A stretch of 64,000 bases of DNA from an uncultured Actinomycetales bacterium (GTDB lineage: Bacteria > Actinomycetota > Actinomycetes > S36-B12): positions 3 through 64,002 of the forward strand of contig CAJXYI010000004.1 in the NCBI GenBank assembly GCA_913063435.1, read 5' to 3'. Positions 57,488 through 64,000 of this stretch are shown here, one piece after another (the first letter of the stretch is position 1; each line of letters starts with the position of its first letter). A program made the translations under genes and the position numbers. The notes beneath the pieces were generated by a model, which did not search any database, was not told where the DNA came from, and saw nothing but the letters and a program-made list of their open reading frames with translations.

Positions 57488-58261
57488 TCACCATCTCCAC
57501 CAGACCAGGATCGTCGCGATGAGACCCACCAGCACCACGGTGATCCGCAGAGCCCCGGGCTGAAGCCTGCGTGCGGCGCGCGCCCCGATCGTTCCGCCGA
57601 CGAGGGCAGCGAGTCCGATCACGAGAGCCGCCCACCACCACACCCGACCAGAAACTGCGAAGACGACGGCCGCTGTGATGTTCGCGCTGGCTGCGAACAG
57701 ATTCTTCGCGGCATTGGCATGCTGTGGGGAACTGTCGTAGAGCCAACCGAGAACCGCCATCAGCACCACCCCCTGACCCGCGCCGAAATAACCGCCGTAG
57801 ATCCCGGATGCACCGATGGCGACAGCGAGCCGACCTCGACTCCTCGCTCTCGGACTCCCTTGTACTCGCATTCGACGAGCGACGAGAGGCTGCACCGCCA
57901 CCAGTGCCGTCGCGGTCAAGATCAACCATGGAACAGCGATTTCGAAAACTGTGTCGGGTAGTACGACAACCAGGAGCGCACCGAAGAGCGCACCCGTGGC
58001 GGAGCCGATGAGAGCGGGGCGGATCAACCGCGATCGACCCGATAATTCATCGCGATAGGCGAATGCTGACGACCAGGCACCGACACTCAGACCCAGGGTG
58101 TTGGTGCCGTTCGCGACAACGGGTGGAGCTCCTGCCGCCAGCAGTGCGGGGAATGTGATGAGCGTGCCAGCACCGACGACGCCGTTGATAGCCGCGCCGA
58201 GGAATCCAGCTGCGAACAGCCAGGCGATCGTCGCGAGGTCCACGCTGGCATCCTGCCGCAC
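57488..58261 (-). CDS. TauE/SafE family sulfite/anion exporter
   Basis: 257-aa polytopic membrane protein with the glycine-rich repeated halves typical of TauE/SafE (DUF81). Confidence 0.75.
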   Translation of the reverse strand: MRQDASVDLATIAWLFAAGFLGAAINGVVGAGTLITFPALLAAGAPPVVANGTNTLGLSVGAWSSAFAYRDELSGRSRLIRPALIGSATGALFGALLVVVLPDTVFEIAVPWLILTATALVAVQPLVARRMRVQGSPRARSRGRLAVAIGASGIYGGYFGAGQGVVLMAVLGWLYDSSPQHANAAKNLFAASANITAAVVFAVSGRVWWWAALVIGLAALVGGTIGARAARRLQPGALRITVVLVGLIATILVWWRW

Positions 58262-58294
58262 GACCCCGGCCCATCCTCAGGAGACCGCCAACGG

Positions 58295-59797
58295 CTACGG
58301 CGGCGAACTCCCTCGCTGCTGCACCTGCAAAGCGACCTCGTCGATGTCGCCGAGGCGATCGAGGTTGCGCAGTGGCTGAGCAACGCGATGATTCGACGCC
58401 AGCAGATCGCGATTCCCGTGGAGGAATGCCCAGTACCCGCTCGTGAAGGGACATGCCCCCTCACCGACTCGCTGAGTCGGCTTGTAGACGCAAGCACCGC
58501 AGTAATTGGTCATGCGCTTGATGTAAGCGCCGCCGGCTGCATAGGGCTTGGTCGCCATGACCCCACCATCGGCGTACAACGCCATTCCGATGACGTTTGC
58601 TGCCATCACCCAGGGATAGGCATCGACGAACACCCGGGTGAACCAGTCCGTCGTCTCCTGCGGATCGAAACCCTGCTGCAGCGCCCAATTGCCGAGAATC
58701 ATCAAACGGGGGATGTGATGCGCCCAGCCCCTGTCGCGAACATCAGCGAGGGTCGCAGACAGGCAGGCCGCGGACACCTGATCCGCATCGAGTTGCTGCC
58801 ACCAGTCGGGAACCTGAGTCTGCGCGTCGAGTGCATTCGATGATGCGACGTAATCGGGTCCGAGATGCCAGTACAGATGCCAGACATAGTCGCGCCAGCC
58901 CATGACCTGGCGGATGAATCCTTCGGCACTGGCCAATGGGACCGAACCGGATCGATAGGCCTGTTCGACCTGATCGATCGCATCTCGTGGATCGAGAAGC
59001 CCCAGATTCAGCGGGGCCGACAGGAGGGAGTGCGCCATGACCCAATCGGAGGCCATCACGGCGTCTTCATAGGGGCCGAACTCGGCCAGTCGGTGCGTCA
59101 CGAAGTCGACGAGGGCAGCATTCGCCTCGTCGACCGTTGCTGCGAATCGACGCGGCCCGTCGGCTCCGAGGGTGACGATCGTCCCCTCCATCTGCCACCT
59201 ATCGAGATCGCGGCGCACCTGTTCGTCGATCTCGTCTTCCACGGGCCACCACGGTTCGGGTAGTCCGAGGGTGCTTTGGCGCCTCGGCGGAGGCTGCCGG
59301 TTATCGGTGTCCAGATTCCACCGATCTCCCACCGGTTCCGCCCCATCCATCAGCACGCCTGTCGTACGCCGCATCATCCGATAGAAGTCCTCCAGCACCA
59401 ACCTCTTGCGTCCGGACGCCCAGTCGGTGAACTCCCCTTCGGTCGCGATGAATCCGCGCGATGGGGACACCTGCACACCCAGGTCGGCCACCAGGCGGCG
59501 TGCGGGATGGGATGTCGGTGCTCGAACAATCACCTGCTCTGGCTTCATGCCGAGGGTGTCCAGCGCCTGCTTCAGACCCGCGCGATAGGTGTCGGCGGTG
59601 ACGAAAACCGCCCGCTCGCCGAGATCACGTGCACGGTGACGGAGCGCAGACAGGATCAGATGCGCCTTCGCACGGTGATAGGTCCGGCGCCGAAGTGCTG
59701 CGTGCGACTCGATCAGGATGACGGGACCATCGAAGTTCGGGTCGAGGAAATGATCACCGAGCTGATCAGCGAAGATCCAGATCGCTTCGCTTGTCAC
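58295..59797 (-). CDS. FeS-cluster cryptochrome/photolyase family protein (FeS-BCP / CryPro, COG3046)
   Basis: 500-aa photolyase-related protein with the four-Cys pattern C...YCGACVY...GACPF near the C-terminus, as in PhrB/CryB-type (6-4) photolyases. Confidence 0.8.
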   Translation of the reverse strand: MTSEAIWIFADQLGDHFLDPNFDGPVILIESHAALRRRTYHRAKAHLILSALRHRARDLGERAVFVTADTYRAGLKQALDTLGMKPEQVIVRAPTSHPARRLVADLGVQVSPSRGFIATEGEFTDWASGRKRLVLEDFYRMMRRTTGVLMDGAEPVGDRWNLDTDNRQPPPRRQSTLGLPEPWWPVEDEIDEQVRRDLDRWQMEGTIVTLGADGPRRFAATVDEANAALVDFVTHRLAEFGPYEDAVMASDWVMAHSLLSAPLNLGLLDPRDAIDQVEQAYRSGSVPLASAEGFIRQVMGWRDYVWHLYWHLGPDYVASSNALDAQTQVPDWWQQLDADQVSAACLSATLADVRDRGWAHHIPRLMILGNWALQQGFDPQETTDWFTRVFVDAYPWVMAANVIGMALYADGGVMATKPYAAGGAYIKRMTNYCGACVYKPTQRVGEGACPFTSGYWAFLHGNRDLLASNHRVAQPLRNLDRLGDIDEVALQVQQRGSSPP

Positions 59798-59801
59798 TCA
59801 G

Positions 59802-60725
59802 TCATACCGCGCTCGTCGGCGGCTGATTCATGGACTGCGGGACCGGCGGATTCGTCCCTAGGTCGGGTCGCAGCGCGCCTGCCAGGTGCTCTAGTGGTCC
59901 GCTCAGTTCACTGGGCAGCATCCAGATCTTGTTGGATTCCCCGGCAGCGATCTGTGGCAGCGCCTGCAGGTACTGGTAGGCCAGCACCCGTGAATCCGGA
60001 TCCGCCGCGCGGATCGCTGCCACCACTTTCTCGATTGCCTCGGATTCACCCTCGGCACTGAGCACCGCCGCTCGCGCTGAGCCTTCAGCCCGCAAGATCG
60101 CGGCAGTCTTCTCCCCTTCGGCGGTCAAGATCGCTGACTGCTTCTCACCCTCCGCCGTGAGAATCGCAGCTCGCTTGTCCCGCTCGGCCCGCATCTGCTT
60201 TTCCATGGACTGCTGGACGCTGTCTGGCGGATCGATGGCCTTCAACTCGACGCGATTGACCCTGATTCCCCATCTTCCGGTCGCTTCGTCGAGGACCCCA
60301 CGCAGCGCCGCATTGATGCTGTCCCGCGACGTCAGGGTCTTCTCCAGGTCCATCGACCCGATCACATTGCGCAAGGTAGTGACCGTGAGCTGCTCGATAC
60401 CGAGGAGGTAATTGGCGATCTCGTAGGTCGCCGCCTTGGGCTCCGTGACCTGGAAATAGATCACCGAGTCGATCCCGACAACGAGATTATCCTCCGTGAT
60501 CACCGGTTGAGGTGGGAATGAGATCACCTGTTCACGCATATCGATCCGGGGCTTGAGTTTGTCGACGAAGGGGATGATGATGGCGATCCCCGCGTGGAGA
60601 GTCCGCTGGTAGCGACCGAAACGTTCGACGATGCTGGCGTGCGCCTGAGGAACGATCTTCACCGACGACGCCACGATGACGATCGCCACCAGCCCAAGTG
60701 CGATCATGACGATGAGAAGTTCCAT
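59802..60725 (-). CDS. SPFH/band-7 (stomatin-like) protein
   Basis: N-terminal TM anchor, an SPFH domain, and a C-terminal AEGEK(Q/T)AAIL coiled-coil repeats. Confidence 0.9.
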   Translation of the reverse strand: MELLIVMIALGLVAIVIVASSVKIVPQAHASIVERFGRYQRTLHAGIAIIIPFVDKLKPRIDMREQVISFPPQPVITEDNLVVGIDSVIYFQVTEPKAATYEIANYLLGIEQLTVTTLRNVIGSMDLEKTLTSRDSINAALRGVLDEATGRWGIRVNRVELKAIDPPDSVQQSMEKQMRAERDKRAAILTAEGEKQSAILTAEGEKTAAILRAEGSARAAVLSAEGESEAIEKVVAAIRAADPDSRVLAYQYLQALPQIAAGESNKIWMLPSELSGPLEHLAGALRPDLGTNPPVPQSMNQPPTSAV

Positions 60726-60784
60726 TCACGTCTCCTGTCCTCCGGGTAGCGGGCGCACATCCATGCACCGCGATGGGCTACCTG

Positions 60785-61213
60785 CTATTCACTGACCAAT
60801 GCCGTCGCTCCGTCGATTTCCAGCACCCACACCGTCGATCCGGGCTCGATAAGAGAGTCACCATCGAACGCACGGGCCGACCAGATCTCACCGGCGAGTT
60901 TGATCCGACCGTCACGGCCGTCGACGGGCTCGATGACGACCGCCGAGGTTCCCACCAGGGCAGCCACCCCCGATCGAACCTCGCGCGGGGATTTCAGATG
61001 CCGCCGAGCCACCGGTCGTATTCCCAGCAGACCCAGCAGCGAGCCCCCGGCGAACGCCGCAAGGCTGATGGCCACCGATCCGGTCGCCGCGGATGCGATA
61101 CCGGCGAGGACCGAACCGAAGGCGAGCATGGCGAAGATCAGGGCTCCACCGGTCAGAATCTCCGCCACGACGAGCCCCGCTGCCGCAATCGCCCACCACA
61201 GCCAGGGATCCAC
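60785..61213 (-). CDS. NfeD family protein
   Basis: 142 aa with N-terminal TM helices and a C-terminal OB-fold (GRIKLAGEIWSAR). The classic partner lies upstream of the SPFH gene. Confidence 0.8.
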   Translation of the reverse strand: MDPWLWWAIAAAGLVVAEILTGGALIFAMLAFGSVLAGIASAATGSVAISLAAFAGGSLLGLLGIRPVARRHLKSPREVRSGVAALVGTSAVVIEPVDGRDGRIKLAGEIWSARAFDGDSLIEPGSTVWVLEIDGATALVSE

Positions 61214-61237
61214 CCCTTCAGGCTAACCCGAACCGTG

Positions 61238-62023
61238 TCATCGCGCTGCCCGCGCAGACCATCGCCCCTCATGTCGGTCGATGTGCACCGGCAGCTCGTA
61301 GGTCTGCGTGAGGTTGTCATCGGTCAGCGTCGATTCGACCGGGCCGGCTGCCACGAGACGGCCTTGACGGATAAGGAGTGCGTGCGTCGTGCCTCGCGGA
61401 ATCTCCTCGACGTGGTGGGTCACCATCACGGTCGTCGGTGCGCCCGGGTCATCGGCCATCTCGGCCATCCTCGCCAGGACATCCTCGCGCCCTCCCAGGT
61501 CGAGTCCCGCCGTCGGTTCATCGAGCAGCAACAGTTCGGGATCGGACATCAGCGCTCGGGCGATCTGGGTTCGCTTTCGTTCGCCTTCGGACAGGGTGGC
61601 GAACGTTCGGTCAGCCAACTCGGACATGCCCCACTGTTCGAGCAGTCGATCAGCACGGGCCCAGTCCATCGCGTCGTACTCCTCGCGCCAGCGACCTGTG
61701 ACCCCCCACGATGCAGTGACGACCGCATCGCGGACCGGTTCTCTTGCGGGAATCGCAGCGGCCAGACCCGCACCCACCAGTCCGATACGCGGACGCAATT
61801 CGAACACGTCGGTGAGTCCAAGGAATTCATCCAGGATGGTCACGACCCCCTGGGTGGGATGCAGGTGCGTCGCAGCAACCTGGACGAGTGTGGATTTTCC
61901 CGCGCCGTTGGGACCGAGAACAACCCACCGTTGGTTCTCATGAACGACCCAATCGATCGAATCGATGAGCAAGGTTCGACCCCGGCGCACGGTCACACCG
62001 GACATGTGGATGACCTCAGTCAC
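61238..62023 (-). CDS. orphan ABC transporter ATP-binding protein
   Basis: Walker A GPNGAGKST, signature LSEGERKR, Walker B LLLLDEP. No permease gene is adjacent. Confidence 0.85.
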   Translation of the reverse strand: MTEVIHMSGVTVRRGRTLLIDSIDWVVHENQRWVVLGPNGAGKSTLVQVAATHLHPTQGVVTILDEFLGLTDVFELRPRIGLVGAGLAAAIPAREPVRDAVVTASWGVTGRWREEYDAMDWARADRLLEQWGMSELADRTFATLSEGERKRTQIARALMSDPELLLLDEPTAGLDLGGREDVLARMAEMADDPGAPTTVMVTHHVEEIPRGTTHALLIRQGRLVAAGPVESTLTDDNLTQTYELPVHIDRHEGRWSARAAR

Positions 62024-62179
62024 ACTCGATCCTTCGTCGTCGTTGCGCGCACATGCCCGGCCTCATGGTCCACAGCATTCCCTGGGCGCTGTAGTTCACC
62101 AGATGCTGTATTCCACCAGACGCCACCTGCGACGTCACCGGCTGCATCCGCGAATCAGCTGCCAGGTTACGGTCGCTGC

Positions 62180-63127
62180 GTGGTGACATCCGATGGGGGC
62201 CATACCTCGGGCCGAGGCCGTTCAGCAGGGGTTGAGGACGCGAGCCTGCCTGCCGTGTGGTCCCGACAGATCACAGCGATGCACTTCGGATCCTGGGCGA
62301 GTGCGAGCGCCCAGGGCACGATCTCCCCTGCTGACCTGGCCGCTGCCCTTCCTTCGGCACTTTCGGCTGAATCCAGCAGCAACGCCCCCTCGGGTACAAC
62401 GGGACCTAAAGCCTCCGGAAGAGGTGTCCGAACGGAGAACATGGTCGAACCTGCGCTGCCCATCACCGCTGCACAGCATCCACAGACCGATATCTGGAGT
62501 GCGGACGTTCTGGGCACCGTCATTCCCTCCGCGGCGTCCATCGAGGTGCTATTCCCTCGCACAGGTGATTCGCGTGGCCTCCACGGTTTCGAACTCATCG
62601 AGCAAGCCCGCCATGCCGGGGCCGCGATCCGCATCGGGACCGGAGATCGGTATGCCGGATCTTCGGCTGCGCCGATGATCGTGATTCCGCTGGCCTCTCA
62701 TGAGAATCTGCGCACCTGGGCCCTCAGATCGGATCAGGGTGCGGTTGCGGGTCCCGACAACGTGATCTTCGGCGGCAGCGCTTCGGTGTCCGAAGCAGAT
62801 CGACTTCTCAAGCAGGCCATCCTCGAGGCCGAGGACATGATCTCCGATCTCGGCCTGCGTGCGGGACGGAGTGACGCTCGCAAACTCCTTGATCGAGCAA
62901 CCGACGAAATCGCGCTGACGTCATTCCCGCACAGCCTCGCAGCAGGCCGCCGATCGCTGCTGCAACGCGCCGCTCCCATCATGTGGCTGTGCGACCTGGC
63001 TCTGGCCGATGACTCCGTCACGATCTCGCGGACCGATCAGCGAGCCCGGTTCGAAGCACTCCTCCACCTCGATCGCGTGGCCCGCCACGCCATCGAAACG
63101 GCAACCACCTGGTTTCGACACAGATGA
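62180..63127 (+). CDS. hypothetical protein
   Basis: This is the 3' third of the 784-aa ORF 60773..63127, the only part not antisense to real genes. GC3 bias is good. GTG 62180 is preceded by TACGGT-N6, and ATG 62441 with a GGAGA SD is an alternative start. No recognisable domain. Confidence 0.5.
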   Translation: MVTSDGGHTSGRGRSAGVEDASLPAVWSRQITAMHFGSWASASAQGTISPADLAAALPSALSAESSSNAPSGTTGPKASGRGVRTENMVEPALPITAAQHPQTDIWSADVLGTVIPSAASIEVLFPRTGDSRGLHGFELIEQARHAGAAIRIGTGDRYAGSSAAPMIVIPLASHENLRTWALRSDQGAVAGPDNVIFGGSASVSEADRLLKQAILEAEDMISDLGLRAGRSDARKLLDRATDEIALTSFPHSLAAGRRSLLQRAAPIMWLCDLALADDSVTISRTDQRARFEALLHLDRVARHAIETATTWFRHR

Positions 63128-63191
63128 CGCTTCGCGACATCTGAGACCAGGCGACCTGCTCGGCTCGAAAGTGCGGCTATGGTGAACGCTC

Positions 63192-64000
63192 GTGAGCCGC
63201 ACGGGCACCCTGCTGATCATCCTGTCCGGACGAGATCGTCCCGGAGTCACCGCTGAACTGTTCACCGCGCTGAGCCAGCACCCGGTGACCGTGGCAGACA
63301 TGGAACAGATCATCGTGCGTGGCCGGCTGATGCTTGCGGTCTTGATCGGCGTCGAGGCAGGGGTCGTTCCCGAAGTGGAACGGTCGGTCTCCTCCGTGGC
63401 CGACTCCCTGGGCATGGATGTCGAGATCGTCCCCGGTGCAACCGAGGAGCGGGAGGACGGCCCGCCACGCGCGCACATCACGGTATTGGGAGCACCGCTG
63501 CGTCCTGACCATGTCGCTCGCCTGGCGGAAACGATCTCCAGCCATGGCGGGAACATCGATCGCATCCGTCGTATCGCTGATTATCCCGTGACGGCCGTGG
63601 TCTTCGAAGGCTCAGGCGTCATGGTGGAGCACCTCCGGCATACCCTCGGTCGACTTTCCGTGGAACTCGGCGTAGACATCGCCGTTCAGGAGGCGGGTTT
63701 GACGCGCCGCGGTCAACGCTTGATCGTGATGGATGTCGACTCGACGCTCATTCAAGACGAGGTCATCGACCTCCTCGCCCATAAGGCTGGACGAGGCGAT
63801 GAAGTCGCAGCGATCACCGAGAGTGCGATGCGCGGCGATATCGATTTCGCCGAATCGCTGCGCCAGCGTGTGGCGACACTGGCCGGACTCTCCGAGTCGG
63901 TCATCGCCGACGTGCAGTCTGCCATCCGACTCACACCCGGTGCGCGAACCCTGATCAGGACGTTGAAGTCACTGGGATTCCACGTCTGCCTCGTCTCCGG
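63192..64000 (+). CDS. serB: phosphoserine phosphatase with N-terminal ACT domains, 3'-truncated by the window edge
   Basis: GTG 63192 follows an in-frame TGA at 63183. ACT-like region (TLLIILSGRDRPGVTAELF) then the HAD motif I MDVDSTLIQDEVID. The frame is open to nt 64000. Confidence 0.85.
   Translation, partial: MSRTGTLLIILSGRDRPGVTAELFTALSQHPVTVADMEQIIVRGRLMLAVLIGVEAGVVPEVERSVSSVADSLGMDVEIVPGATEEREDGPPRAHITVLGAPLRPDHVARLAETISSHGGNIDRIRRIADYPVTAVVFEGSGVMVEHLRHTLGRLSVELGVDIAVQEAGLTRRGQRLIVMDVDSTLIQDEVIDLLAHKAGRGDEVAAITESAMRGDIDFAESLRQRVATLAGLSESVIADVQSAIRLTPGARTLIRTLKSLGFHVCLVS

Noticed and set aside
56996-57961. 321-aa plus-strand ORF
   Set aside because: It is antisense to the TrmH and TauE genes, so it is a shadow ORF.
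60773-62179. First about 1400 nt of the 784-aa plus-strand ORF 60773..63127
   Set aside because: It runs antisense through the NfeD and ABC ATPase genes, both of which have clear motifs. The translation is Arg/Pro/Gly-rich, a typical high-GC shadow ORF. Only the 3' part beyond the ABC gene is kept as a candidate gene.

Overview
This is a high-GC (roughly 65%) actinobacterial chromosome segment made almost entirely of conserved core genes in tight, often overlapping operons. The left edge holds the end of a giant (>=1332 aa) uncharacterised ORF, a lower-GC decayed patch with a frameshifted secreted LamG-domain gene, and tRNA-Leu(GAG). Next come an M20 peptidase, DUF5703, an LLM oxidoreductase, uppP, corA, the phosphomutase/DUF3090/SCO1664 cassette with mshC, PAC2, metH, a HAD hydrolase and trmI. 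The complete Pup-proteasome locus follows (arc, dop, pup, prcB, prcA, pafA, two FKBPs, pafB, pafC). After it come tatA/tatC, a lipid kinase, helY, a 5'-3' exonuclease, an M24 peptidase, an acyl-CoA dehydrogenase, an amidohydrolase, lnt, ppm1, fxsA, rbpA and GDPD. A Na+/H+ antiporter is translationally coupled to a molybdoenzyme, and gcvP sits behind a tandem glycine riboswitch. The right part holds the MerR / DUF151 nuclease / MerR / FHA / gcvH block, a CDP-alcohol phosphatidyltransferase, a PHM-like copper monooxygenase lipoprotein, TrmH, TauE, an FeS-type photolyase, SPFH/NfeD, an orphan ABC ATPase, a hypothetical gene and the 5' part of serB. I saw no CRISPR array, IS element, integrase or recognisable defence system. 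The points most worth a second look are listed here. (1) The orphan giant ORF plus the decayed islet at the tRNA-Leu 3' end. (2) An exact TA(G/C)NNT-N6-start geometry at ten genes, which suggests leaderless transcripts. (3) An identical 17-nt palindromic element on the pup and DUF151-nuclease starts. (4) A 57-bp ghost duplication of the pafC 3' end. (5) A 63-nt perfect palindrome between gcvP and the antiporter. All functional calls rest on motif recognition and remembered synteny, because no searches could be run.
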